A DNA stretch of 58,389 nt. Origin: Dehalococcoidia bacterium (GTDB taxonomy: Bacteria > Chloroflexota > Dehalococcoidia > Lucifugimonadales > UBA2985). A program made the translations under genes and the position numbers. Positions 41,282 through 50,423 of the stretch are shown here, one piece after another (the first letter of the stretch is position 1; each line of letters begins with the position of its first letter). Location of the stretch: the NCBI GenBank assembly GCA_963580875.1, contig CAUZMC010000005.1, forward strand, positions 1-58,389, read 5' to 3'. The notes under the pieces are model-generated. The model made no database searches and was not told the origin of the DNA. It saw only the letters and a program-made list of their open reading frames with translations.

Positions 41282-42205
41282 ATGATACGTAATATCAAGT
41301 ACGCTAAGCATAGCTTAGCCATATCGCTGCTCATGGCTTCCATAGTAATCATATCGGTTGCCTGTAACACTGAAAGTAGCGATAACACCGGTACGTTGGT
41401 TGTCACAACGATATACCCCCTTGAATATTTTGCACAGCGGATTGGAGGGGACAAGGTCTCCGTGACGAATCTACTCAAACCGGGAGTAGAGGCACACTCC
41501 TTTGAACCAACACCCGATGATATACGAAAACTGGATGCTGCAGACGTGATCATATACAATGGTTCTGGCTTAGAGCCTTGGGTGGGGCGCGCCCTATTGG
41601 CCATGGGAAATGATAGCAATCAACGCCTCATCATTGAAACCAGCTCTGAATTGACGAATGAAAACGACTACACAGAAATAGACCCCCACATTTGGCTGGA
41701 TCCGCTAAAGGCAATCGAGCAGGTGAAGCTCATAAGAGATAGTCTAATCAGCGCCAATCTTGAGGGAGAAGACACCTACACCGCCAACGCCGAAAATCTG
41801 CTGACGGAAATCCTGTCTTTACACCAGGCATATAGCAACGGGCTAGTTAAATGTGCAACTACCCAGTTCGTTACATCCCACGCGGCATTTGGGCACCTAG
41901 CAAAACGTTATGGTCTTGAACAGATACCAATCTCGGGCCTGTCCCAAGAGGTGGAGCCCGGCCCGGCAGACCTCGCACGTATTATAGACACGGCCCTGAA
42001 AATTGGGGTGCACTATGTGATGGTGGAGCCAATCATCAGTACCTCGTACGCTGAGACAATGGCCTGGGAAATAAACGCCAAACTACTGCCTCTACACCCT
42101 CTTGAGAGTCTGACATCAGAGGAGTCTGATAGGGGTGAGGACTATTTTTCCATCATGGAGACCAATATGGAAAACCTCAAGCTGGCTCTAGAGTGTACAG
42201 CATGA
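41282..42205 (+). CDS. znuA: Zn/Mn ABC transporter substrate-binding lipoprotein (ZnuA/AdcA-like); start uncertain
   Basis: Lipobox SVAC, with EAHSFEP, DPHIWLDP and SHAAFG. Confidence 0.88.
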   Translation: MIRNIKYAKHSLAISLLMASIVIISVACNTESSDNTGTLVVTTIYPLEYFAQRIGGDKVSVTNLLKPGVEAHSFEPTPDDIRKLDAADVIIYNGSGLEPWVGRALLAMGNDSNQRLIIETSSELTNENDYTEIDPHIWLDPLKAIEQVKLIRDSLISANLEGEDTYTANAENLLTEILSLHQAYSNGLVKCATTQFVTSHAAFGHLAKRYGLEQIPISGLSQEVEPGPADLARIIDTALKIGVHYVMVEPIISTSYAETMAWEINAKLLPLHPLESLTSEESDRGEDYFSIMETNMENLKLALECTA

Positions 42206-42990
42206 GCAATGAAACCAATCAAGTAAAACCTCCGAACTCCGTGTTGGAATTCGACCACGCTTGGTTTGCCTACGATGGAGAGCCGGTGATAGAGGACGTA
42301 ACTTTCGCCCTTGAAAAGGGTCAATTTGCAGCCATTCTAGGTCCAAACGGAGGAGGCAAAACCACAATGCTGAGACTTGCTCTCGGCCTGGCCAAGCCCA
42401 GCCGTGGCAGCGTTTCCCTCTTCGGAGAGCCTCCTGCTAAGTTTCGTGCCTGGGGACGCGTTGGCTACGTGCCACAGGCCACCGAAGGCGTACAAACCAG
42501 GTTCCCAGCCACAGCTGAGGAAATCGTAGCCCAGGGCTTATACAGGGGTTTCGACCCCCTCGCCGTTTGGCGTTCCAGCGGCCATCCTTCAGTAATGCAA
42601 GCCATGGAAACCGTAGATATCGCCGACCTTCGGGGCCGTCGAATTACATCTCTCTCTGTGGGCCAACAGCAGCGCGTTCTGATCGCCCGGGCCTTAGTCA
42701 GGGATCCGGAACTATTGATGTTAGATGAGCCACTTGCAGGCATAGATGCCGCCGGCCAAGAGCAGTTCCACACTCTATTGCGTCGTTTAAACAGCGAAAT
42801 GCACATGACAATCCTACTGGTCTCACACGACATAGGCGCCGTGATGCGAGAGGCTACATCAGTGGCCTGCATCAACAAGAGCATTGTATTTCACGGGCCT
42901 ACCCACACGTTAACTCAACCTGAGCTGGCCGAGCTTTATGGATTCCCTGTAGACGTCCTTGTACACGATGCGCTACACGAGCACCGCTAA
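42202..42990 (+). CDS. znuC: Zn/Mn ABC transporter ATPase
   Basis: GPNGGGKT, VGYVPQ, LSVGQQQR, LDEP and VSHD. ATGA overlap with the previous gene. Confidence 0.9.
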   Translation: MSNETNQVKPPNSVLEFDHAWFAYDGEPVIEDVTFALEKGQFAAILGPNGGGKTTMLRLALGLAKPSRGSVSLFGEPPAKFRAWGRVGYVPQATEGVQTRFPATAEEIVAQGLYRGFDPLAVWRSSGHPSVMQAMETVDIADLRGRRITSLSVGQQQRVLIARALVRDPELLMLDEPLAGIDAAGQEQFHTLLRRLNSEMHMTILLVSHDIGAVMREATSVACINKSIVFHGPTHTLTQPELAELYGFPVDVLVHDALHEHR

Positions 42991-42994
42991 ATAC

Positions 42995-43840
42995 ATGCCA
43001 TCAATATTCGAATACGAATTCATGGTCAGAGCTATCATCGGCGGAGCGATGGTAGGAGCACTAGCACCTGTCCTTGGAATGTTCCTTGTCCTGCGCCGCT
43101 TTGCACTCATCGCAGACACTCTCTCTCACGTGGCTTTCATGGGTGTAGCCATAGGTCTCATCACCAAGATTTCCCCACCATTAGTCGCACTTGGAACCAC
43201 ATCAATCGCTGCGATTGCAATAGATCAACTCCGGGCGCGCCGCATGATGCCAAGTGACGCTGCACTAGCCGTATTCCTGTATGCGGCACTGGCCATCGCA
43301 GTTGTAGTAATCAGCCTGGCAGGGGGATTCAACGTAGACATGTTCAGCTATCTATTCGGTAGCGTCCTAACCATCAACACCACTGACCTATGGTTAGTAG
43401 CAGGCCTGATGGTTGTGGTCATCGGCTTCGTAGGGATGTTTTTCTCGGAACTTGCACAAAGTTCATTCGACGGCGACCTTGCCCGTACCAGCGGCGTTCC
43501 TGTGGGATTGGTCAACCTCATTCTAGCCGTGCTAACAGGTGCGACCATAACCCTATCAATGCGCATAGTGGGTGTCCTGCTGGTAGGAGCGTTGATAGTC
43601 ATACCTGTGATAGCAAGTTTGAGATTGGCAACAGGGCTACGTACCGCCGTCATTCTCGCAATGGCCTTCGGTATCTTCAGCTCCCTGACGGGATTGACCA
43701 TAGCCTATTACGCCAATGTAGCCGCAGGTGGAGCGGTAGTACTAACCGCTGTTGGGCTGCTGGTACTGGTCGAGATCGGAATGGCGTTAAGGGAACAGTT
43801 TAAACACGGCAAATGGCATAATACTGACACTCCTACATAA
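42995..43840 (+). CDS. znuB: Zn/Mn ABC transporter permease
   Basis: VLRRFALIADTLSHVA, YLFGSVL and VGVLLVGALIVIP. Confidence 0.9.
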   Translation: MPSIFEYEFMVRAIIGGAMVGALAPVLGMFLVLRRFALIADTLSHVAFMGVAIGLITKISPPLVALGTTSIAAIAIDQLRARRMMPSDAALAVFLYAALAIAVVVISLAGGFNVDMFSYLFGSVLTINTTDLWLVAGLMVVVIGFVGMFFSELAQSSFDGDLARTSGVPVGLVNLILAVLTGATITLSMRIVGVLLVGALIVIPVIASLRLATGLRTAVILAMAFGIFSSLTGLTIAYYANVAAGGAVVLTAVGLLVLVEIGMALREQFKHGKWHNTDTPT

Positions 43841-44033
43841 ACAGAGCAAAAGCAGCTTATTGCGAGGTACAGAGCATACCCTGGTTTAGTCTGTTCCTTA
43901 ACAGCAGCGATAGTAACACTTGAGTAGATTAATGGTACTGGCGCTTATCTGGCAAACGGATAAAGACCTAGAGTCGGCGCGTACATGGGAGTGCGCAAAA
44001 CTACTGGGCCTAACTTAAACAATTTGACGTTTC

Positions 44034-44597
44034 TTAAGGAAAGGTCAAATTCACCACAAGTACCTGAAACGCAGATCCTCTGTAGATAGACGTTTCCGCT
44101 GCCTGTAGCTCACCATAATGGAAGCTGATCGTCTTTCCATCCAACGCCCAGTCGTTAGGAGCAATAATGATGGGCGAATAGCTTCCGTTAAATACCTTAG
44201 AAGGTCTGGACCGCCACCATTCCACCCTCGCCTCAATAAATGTCCCATTAATAGCTGGTTGTCCTCCAACTGTAATATTGCCTGAAAACTGGCTGAAAAG
44301 TAACGGGCGTCCACCTAAAGGCGTTGCGATAGGCGTAGGAGTTGGGGTCATTGTAGGAGTGGGGGTTATTGTAGGAGTGGGGGTTATTGTAGGAGTGGGG
44401 GTTATTGTCGCCGTAGGCCTTGGAGTTCTCGTTGGTGTGACTGTAGCCGTAGCGATAGGTATCGGCACAATCGTTGGAGCTTGAGTAGGACTAGGTACAA
44501 GAGTGGCTGTCGGAAACGGCGCAACAGCAGGTGCTGGTGAACATGCAAGCATCATCAGCATTACCAATAACATCAAACTTATGTAAAATTTCATCAT
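44034..44597 (-). CDS. Lipoprotein with a Pro/Thr-rich stalk and a small C-terminal beta domain
   Basis: Signal peptide with lipobox MLAC, PT repeats, then [12 protein letters not shown]...GTFIEARV. Confidence 0.85.
   Translation of the reverse strand: MMKFYISLMLLVMLMMLACSPAPAVAPFPTATLVPSPTQAPTIVPIPIATATVTPTRTPRPTATITPTPTITPTPTITPTPTMTPTPTPIATPLGGRPLLFSQFSGNITVGGQPAINGTFIEARVEWWRSRPSKVFNGSYSPIIIAPNDWALDGKTISFHYGELQAAETSIYRGSAFQVLVVNLTFP
44335..44406. repeat. 4 x 18-bp tandem repeat encoding TITPTP-like units
   Basis: gtaggagtgggggttatt three times exactly, plus one variant copy. Confidence 0.9.
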
Positions 44598-44784
44598 TAC
44601 CACAGAGATAAAATAGCGCGTATAAGATACCATCTTCTCATAACGCTAGCAAGTAACCCCCAATCCACACCTGTAAGAACATGTCTTTATCACAATATCA
44701 TGAGCATCTATATTTAGTGTTCCTGGGTAAAATCGCGTTATACTACTGCAATAAAGAAAACTAGAGTCTCTAAGGAGGGGTACT

Positions 44785-45015
44785 ATTACAGACAACGATG
44801 AGCTTAACAAGGTACGGAAAGAATATTCCGCAGCGATAGCTGACTACCAGACAGTGACTGATACACTGAAGCAATTCGATAGAGACCTATTTGATGGACC
44901 AGTGCCGGAATTCCATATAATCGTCCAGGAAGGACAGGAGCTTAAGGCAATGGAAGAAGCTGCATATAGGCGTATGAGCAGAGCACGTGAGAAGTACGGT
45001 CAATTACCACGCTAA
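44785..45015 (+). CDS. Small helical protein (76 aa) with probable ATT start; absent from the ORF track
   Basis: TAAGGAGG-N6-ATT. Translation: (M)TDNDELNKVRKEYSAAIADYQTVTDTLKQFDRDLFDGPVPEFHIIVQEGQELKAMEEAAYRRMSRAREKYGQLPR. A -10 TATACT lies at 44739-44744. Confidence 0.65.
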   Translation: MTDNDELNKVRKEYSAAIADYQTVTDTLKQFDRDLFDGPVPEFHIIVQEGQELKAMEEAAYRRMSRAREKYGQLPR

Positions 45016-45261
45016 GGCAAAGACTAGCTTTGGAGCAAGCGCATCGCCAAATCCATGCCATAAGAACCCCACACTAACCGCTCATCATCACACTCTTGCT
45101 TCTGCCATCCATATATCGGCATAGCAATGATTGACAAGTAGAACCATCATAAGCATGCGAGGAAAACATCGATCTCATAATCTTCTGTGTTTTTTGCAAA
45201 ATCTGATATCCTCAGTTACAATAAACTGAAACCTTGAGGAACCATTGATGGAGTCGCCAGT

Positions 45262-45489
45262 TTGGAAAACACGGTCGTCATATACACCCATCCGGAATGC
45301 AGCTTCTCCTCTGCTGCCAGGGAAGATTTATGGGTACGCAACATCTCCTTCCGAGAAGTTGACCTCAGCATAACCCCTGAGGCATGGGGAGAAGTGGAGC
45401 TACTGACTGGTGGAGACCGAATAACTCCGGTAATTGTGGAAGGTGAGTTGGTGACAGTAGGATTCAATGGCGAGGGTTGAGCGTTCTGA
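45262..45489 (+). CDS. Glutaredoxin-like selenoprotein of the U-x-x-stop type (Sec at TGA 45478-45480)
   Basis: Grx fold IYTHPECSFS...ITPVIVEG..VTVGFNGEG, then TGA GCG TTC TGA, then a SECIS-like hairpin. Confidence 0.82.
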
Positions 45490-45491
45490 AC

Positions 45492-45508
45492 GGAGGCGGT
45501 CAGCCTCC
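45492..45508 (+). promoter_or_regulatory. Bacterial SECIS-like element
   Basis: GGAGGC-GGTCA-GCCTCC. The stem starts 11 nt after the UGA, the loop starts with GG, and no U-tract follows. Confidence 0.72.
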
Positions 45509-45600
45509 AATATAAAGAGGAATATTAACAACAATCTTTGCACACGCATCTCACGCTTCTGAAAATCCCAATGACGGGATTTAGTGTTTCGTCCCAAAAC

Positions 45601-45679
45601 GGCCCGGTGGTGTAGTCTGGTTTAACACGCCGCCCTGTCAAGGCGGAGAGCAGGAGTTCAAATCTCCTCCGGGTCGCCA
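45601..45679 (+). tRNA. tRNA-Asp(GTC)
   Basis: Acceptor GGCCCGG/CCGGGTC, anticodon arm CCGCC-CTGTCAA-GGCGG, T-loop TTCAAAT and an encoded CCA. Confidence 0.97.
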
Positions 45680-45691
45680 CTATCAGGATAC

Positions 45692-45729
45692 ATAAAGGAC
45701 CAGGAAGTATTTCCTGGTCCTTTATCTTT
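45692..45729 (+). terminator. Intrinsic terminator after tRNA-Asp
   Basis: ATAAAGGACCAGGAA-GTAT-TTCCTGGTCCTTTAT followed by CTTT. Confidence 0.85.
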
Positions 45730-45889
45730 GCTGGGTGGTCTTGTTATCTATAGATACAGAAACACGTTTAGACAAGTCAACTAGCATCTATGTGCTTTAT
45801 TTTCGCGGCAGTATCTAGTATTCCGGATAATACAGACACATAGTATCCAGGCTTTAATTTACCAAGGCAATGAGGGGCAAGATGCCAAT

Positions 45890-46400
45890 ATCACACGAAT
45901 TCATTGCCAAAACCAGCGGCAAACATCCATGGCTAATACTTCTAGTTTGGCTGTTAGGCTTGGCTGGATCAGGATATTCTCGAGCTTAGATAAGTGTAAG
46001 TGATCCGTCGGCTGGTAGTGCGAATGGCACTGGAACTTCTTTATCGGTGGATACCGCGTATGTTCACCCACGGTATCCTTATAATATGGTTTAATTGGGA
46101 GATGTTGTAATGGTATACCAGTAAACCTACATTGGCAGTATTGGCCCTGATGCAATACTGGACTAGCCTGTGGAATCAGTACCCGGGAGCACCTGAAGTA
46201 TTTATCTCAGTATTTCAGGTGAGCTGATAGACAAGTCCTTCCGTGGCAATTGTCGTCGCCGTAGTAAACGGAACTGATTGTAATGTATATTCCTGCCGAA
46301 ATTAGCAGCATTGGGATATAGAGAGTTGGAGTATTTGTGAGTGCACACGCTAATGTTCCAAGTCACAATAAAAATTATGGAAACCGCGTTGCACAAGTCC
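45890..46400 (-). pseudogene. Possible decayed gene remnant (lipoprotein-like)
   Basis: No intact ORF in about 700 nt. Minus-strand fragments (LGTLACALTNTPT, VPFTTATTIAT, TYAVSTDKEVPVPFALPADGSLTLI*AREYPDP) are broken by stops and frame changes. Confidence 0.3.
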
Positions 46401-46428
46401 TATGTACTGTAAATCAGCGCTAAATGTC

Positions 46429-46462
46429 CAAGGGTCGCCAGATTATTATCTGACGACCCTTG
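46429..46462 (-). terminator. Hairpin terminator downstream of the RRM gene
   Basis: CAAGGGTCG-CCAGAT-TATT-ATCTGA-CGACCCTTG. A second small hairpin, CTGAGCA/TGCTCAG, lies at 46470-46496. Confidence 0.65.
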
Positions 46463-46522
46463 ATTATTTCTGAGCACCCCAATTACGACTGCTCAGGGAT
46501 TACCTAGTTTGGAAAACCAGAA

Positions 46523-46918
46523 TTACCAGCCACCGCGCCCACCACCACCACCAAAGCCACCGCCGCCGCCGCCGCTGCGACCGCCGCCGCCATATCCACC
46601 GCCACCACCACCATATCCGCCGCCGCCACCACTGCGACCGCCGCCGCCATATCCACCGCCACCAGACCCACGCTCCTGACGAGCTCGCGCCTCGTTGACT
46701 GTTAGAGTACGACCGCCCATTTCCTTGCTGTTTACAGCTGCAATACCAGCATTGGCTTCCTCAGCTTTTGGCATTTCCACAAATGCAAATCCCCGAGATC
46801 TACCAGTTTCCCTGTCACGCACAACAGAGACTTCCTGCACTTCGCCGTGGAGCTCAAAAGCTTCACGCAATTCCTGTTCAGTTGTCTCGTATCCAAGATT
46901 CCCTACGTATATCCTCAA
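46523..46918 (-). CDS. RRM RNA-binding protein with a glycine-rich tail (Rbp-type)
   Basis: RNP2 IYVGNL, RNP1 RGFAFVEM and GGGGY/GGRS repeats. TTG start after SD AGGAG. Confidence 0.95.
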   Translation of the reverse strand: MRIYVGNLGYETTEQELREAFELHGEVQEVSVVRDRETGRSRGFAFVEMPKAEEANAGIAAVNSKEMGGRTLTVNEARARQERGSGGGGYGGGGRSGGGGGYGGGGGGYGGGGRSGGGGGGFGGGGGRGGW

Positions 46919-47020
46919 ACTATCTCCTATAATTAGACTGATCTCCACACAGTTGCATGTTAATCAGTCTGGTCAGGTGAGGGGTATTACCCCCCACCTT
47001 CCAAATTCTAATATAACTTC

Positions 47021-47335
47021 TTACCAGCCAGATGTTCGTGCAGCTGGACGCCTTTGACTAAAGCAATCGCTGCAATAGACCGGTCGATCGCCACGCGGAA
47101 CGAACGGTACTGTGGTTTCCTTGCCACACTCAGCACATACTACTGGGTGAGCCTCACGCGGGCCTTGGTCATATCCACCATTCCGCTCGCTACGTCGCAT
47201 CTGACGGCAAGAGGCACAGCGCTTTGGTTCGTTTGTAAACCCTTTCATCGCATGAAACGATTGATCGTCAGCAGTGAATGTGAACGACTGTCCACAATCC
47301 TGACATGGCAGGGTTTTGTCTGTGTATTCCATCAT
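47021..47335 (-). CDS. Two-module zinc-ribbon protein (N-terminal zinc ribbon plus CxxC-x17-CxxC domain)
   Basis: DKTLPCQDCG..FTFT...EPKRCASCR and VCAECG...VPFVPRGDRPVYCSDCF. SD AAGGAG. Confidence 0.93.
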   Translation of the reverse strand: MMEYTDKTLPCQDCGQSFTFTADDQSFHAMKGFTNEPKRCASCRQMRRSERNGGYDQGPREAHPVVCAECGKETTVPFVPRGDRPVYCSDCFSQRRPAARTSGW

Positions 47336-47505
47336 AGTGATCTCCTTTCTCCTAATTAGTTGGCTAGAGACTGGTCACCGATACCGAGGATGTCAAGACA
47401 AGACGTTCCGGTGGGCGCCAAGGACACCATTTAGGAGCCGAGGAGGGCACAGGGGACGCGATGATGAATCTGGGTCTGGGACTCAAAACAATGCCACCGA
47501 GATAT

Positions 47506-47514
47506 ATTATACCA
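47506..47514 (-). promoter_or_regulatory. Extended -10 promoter for the zinc-ribbon/RRM operon
   Basis: TGGTATAAT on the minus strand, about 170 nt upstream of the start codon. Confidence 0.6.
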
Positions 47515-47597
47515 CAAGATGCAAATAATCACACTAATACACACAATCACCATATCTGAGCCTAGTATCCAAGCATGTGTGGTTAATCTACAAGCAA

Positions 47598-48314
47598 CTA
47601 TATAGGCCTAACTCCCCAAATGGCCGACCCCAGCCTAATCATGGTTGCGCCTTCTTCAACAGCAACCTCAAAATCATCTGTCATACCCATTGAAAGCCCC
47701 AGTGTAGCCTCACGATAATGCTCAAGCTGGCACACCCCGTCACGCAGATCCCTGAGCATCCTGAAGTATGGTCTCACTGCCTCAATATCCTCAATATGTG
47801 GAGGAACAGCCATAAGTCCAGCAAGTTCAAGGTTCCCACACGTAGCTACAAACTCAGCCATCTCCGTAACCTGGTTCGCCCTTACACCTTCTTTAGTTAA
47901 TTCAGCACCTAGATTTACCTGAATGTAAATTGCTACGCGTTTATTCAATGCACCAGCAATGCTATCAACCCTAGAGGCCAGGCGAACGCTGTCAACCGAC
48001 TGAATAACGTCGAACATCGCAACAGCAGATCTCACCTTATTGGTCTGAAGATGCCCTATTAAATGGAGGTTGACCAGTTTATCCGGCCTCGCAAACCCCT
48101 TGAACTTGGCCTCAGCCTCCTGTATCCAATTCTCACCCACATGACCAATCCCTAAATCTATGGCCTGTATAATCCTTTCCAGCCCCACCTGCTTACACGC
48201 ACCAAGCACCGTGACTAGGCTCGCGTCGCGCCCAGATCTATTCGCAGCTATGGCAATTTTTTCGTAAATCACATCTATACGACTGCGCATATCTTCGTGT
48301 GTCATAGTTGCCAA
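47598..48314 (-). CDS. yggS: PLP homeostasis protein YggS/PLPBP
   Basis: LGACK (PLP Lys), GENWIQE, HLIGHLQTNK, LSMGMTDD and GATMIRLGSAIWG. Confidence 0.96.
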   Translation of the reverse strand: MATMTHEDMRSRIDVIYEKIAIAANRSGRDASLVTVLGACKQVGLERIIQAIDLGIGHVGENWIQEAEAKFKGFARPDKLVNLHLIGHLQTNKVRSAVAMFDVIQSVDSVRLASRVDSIAGALNKRVAIYIQVNLGAELTKEGVRANQVTEMAEFVATCGNLELAGLMAVPPHIEDIEAVRPYFRMLRDLRDGVCQLEHYREATLGLSMGMTDDFEVAVEEGATMIRLGSAIWGVRPI

Positions 48315-48361
48315 CCAGTCACCAGAAATTTTACTCGATTACACATATATGACCTCAAACT

Positions 48362-49327
48362 CTATGGTATAAGAAGAAGCTTCCCAGTTGTCAAACGCCC
48401 CTCAAGTTGACGGTGTGCCTCAGCGGCATCACTCAACGAGAACTTACCATGGATGCGAATGTCAAGCTTGCCGGATTGGACCCATCCCAGTACATCACCT
48501 GCCCGTTGAAGCAACTCTTCACGCGTAGACGTGTACACTCCCAATGATGGACGAGTCAAAAATAGCGATTTCCTAGCAAGAATAGACGGTGAGATGTCAG
48601 GTGCTGGACCGCTGGCCTGACCGTACAAGGCCATACAGCCACGTGGCGCAAGTGACGCAATGCTCTTATCGAACGTCGTAAGACCAACAGCATCGTATAC
48701 AACCTGCACGCCATCTCCACCTGAAATTTTATCAACCTCTTCTGCAAAGTCCTGTTCAGAGTAATTAATAACGTAGTCGGCACCTGCAGCGGCTGCCAGC
48801 TTTGCCTTCTCATCTGTGGAGACGGTTGCAATCACCCGAGCGCCCAGAGACTTTGCCATCTGAGTCAGCAGCAGACCGACACCTCCCGCGGCCGCGTGTA
48901 CAAGGCAGGTATCTCCAGGCTTCAGGGGATATGTGGAGTAACAGAGGTAGTGAGCAGTCATACCCTGAAGCATCACGGCTGCAGCCGAATCAGCACCCAA
49001 GCCTTCCGGCAGCTTCACCAATCGCCACGATGGTACAACCACCTTCTCCGCATACGACGCCCCGGCTCCCGTGTAAGCCACCAAGTCGCCAATCTGAACC
49101 TCTGTGACACCTTCTCCGACCTGAGCAACCACACCTGCCCCCTCACCTCCCAGGATAGCTGGAAGAGATGGAGCAATCAGGCCAGATCTGACATAAACAT
49201 CCATATAATTAACACCAGAAGCCTTAATATCCACCAGCGCCTGTCCAGGCCCGGGGCTGGGGTCCGCAACATCGGTATACTTGAGAACCTCCGGACCACC
49301 GACCTGTGTAATCTGTATTGCCTTCAT
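48362..49327 (-). CDS. qor: NADPH:quinone oxidoreductase (zeta-crystallin/MDR)
   Basis: GGPEVL, GVNYMD, LQGMTAHYL, HAAAGGVG and TTGKLLL. Confidence 0.93.
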   Translation of the reverse strand: MKAIQITQVGGPEVLKYTDVADPSPGPGQALVDIKASGVNYMDVYVRSGLIAPSLPAILGGEGAGVVAQVGEGVTEVQIGDLVAYTGAGASYAEKVVVPSWRLVKLPEGLGADSAAAVMLQGMTAHYLCYSTYPLKPGDTCLVHAAAGGVGLLLTQMAKSLGARVIATVSTDEKAKLAAAAGADYVINYSEQDFAEEVDKISGGDGVQVVYDAVGLTTFDKSIASLAPRGCMALYGQASGPAPDISPSILARKSLFLTRPSLGVYTSTREELLQRAGDVLGWVQSGKLDIRIHGKFSLSDAAEAHRQLEGRLTTGKLLLIP

Positions 49328-49391
49328 TTTATCCCGCCTTTCTCATCTGCATTGAGCGATCGTTAGATCATCATGATTTTTTGGCAGTAGA

Positions 49392-50423
49392 TTATTCCCT
49401 CATCACCGACTCCACAACCTCGAGAGCCGCGTCTATGTCGGATTCATCTATGCCGTAGTGGGTCACCATCCTCACTTTGGGCCCGTATGGGTGATGACCC
49501 TGTACACCACGCTCTTCAATGCGGTGCAAGAAGCCGAGAGCATCCCCGTCGGCCATTTCAAACATAACAATATTGGTCTTAACCATGGCAGGATCCAGGA
49601 TGATGCCTGGAATACTACTCAGTCCTTCCGCCAAACGCCGAGCGTTATGGTGGTCATCTGCAAGCCGTTCCACCATCTCCTCCAGAGCCACAAGAGCCGC
49701 CGCCGCAAGGACCCCAACCTGACGCATTCCTCCTCCAAGGCTATTGCGAACACGACGCGCCCCCTGAACAAAATCATTGGTCCCACAGATGATTGAGCCT
49801 GCAGGACAACCAAGTCCCTTAGAGAAGCAGAACATCAGCGAATCCACAGATCGCACCAACTCCCTGGGAGGTATTCCCAGGCTCACCGCTGCATTGAACA
49901 TGCGGGCTCCATCTAGGTGTACAGAGGCATCCCACTTGTGTGCAATCCCTGCAATTATGTCAGTGTATTCGGGAGTAAGGACAGCGCCGCTGCACCTGTT
50001 ATGAGTATTTTCAAGGCACACCAAAGCGGTACTGGGAAATCTTGGTGACAAGGGACGAATGGCCGCTTCCACCATATCTGGGTCAAGAGTGCCATTCTCG
50101 TCATTTGGTAACTGACGGTACGCCACTCCTCCAAAGGCAGATGCACCACCATACTCGTAGAGGTAGACGTGGGACTGGTCACCCACAATAATCTCATCTC
50201 CACGCTGACAATGGCTCAACACAGAGGCCAGATTGGCCATTGTGCCACTCGGCACAAAGATGGCAGCTTCCTTGCCAAGCATCTCTGCCACAACCTCCTG
50301 CAAACGGTTCACCGTCGGATCGTCGCCCCAGCCGTCATCGCCTACATCAGCGTTAGCCATAGCCTGACGCATAGCCGGTGTAGGATGTGTAACAGTGTCG
50401 CTGCGCATGTCAATCTGACTCAT
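49392..50423 (-). CDS. ltaE: Low-specificity L-threonine aldolase
   Basis: [40 protein letters not shown] and GGGMRQ. SD GAGGAGGTG. Confidence 0.95.
   Translation of the reverse strand: MSQIDMRSDTVTHPTPAMRQAMANADVGDDGWGDDPTVNRLQEVVAEMLGKEAAIFVPSGTMANLASVLSHCQRGDEIIVGDQSHVYLYEYGGASAFGGVAYRQLPNDENGTLDPDMVEAAIRPLSPRFPSTALVCLENTHNRCSGAVLTPEYTDIIAGIAHKWDASVHLDGARMFNAAVSLGIPPRELVRSVDSLMFCFSKGLGCPAGSIICGTNDFVQGARRVRNSLGGGMRQVGVLAAAALVALEEMVERLADDHHNARRLAEGLSSIPGIILDPAMVKTNIVMFEMADGDALGFLHRIEERGVQGHHPYGPKVRMVTHYGIDESDIDAALEVVESVMRE

Noticed and set aside
45487-45489. Second TGA as another Sec codon
   Set aside because: It is only 8 nt from the hairpin loop, too close for SelB-type decoding, and U-x-x-stop matches the expected architecture.
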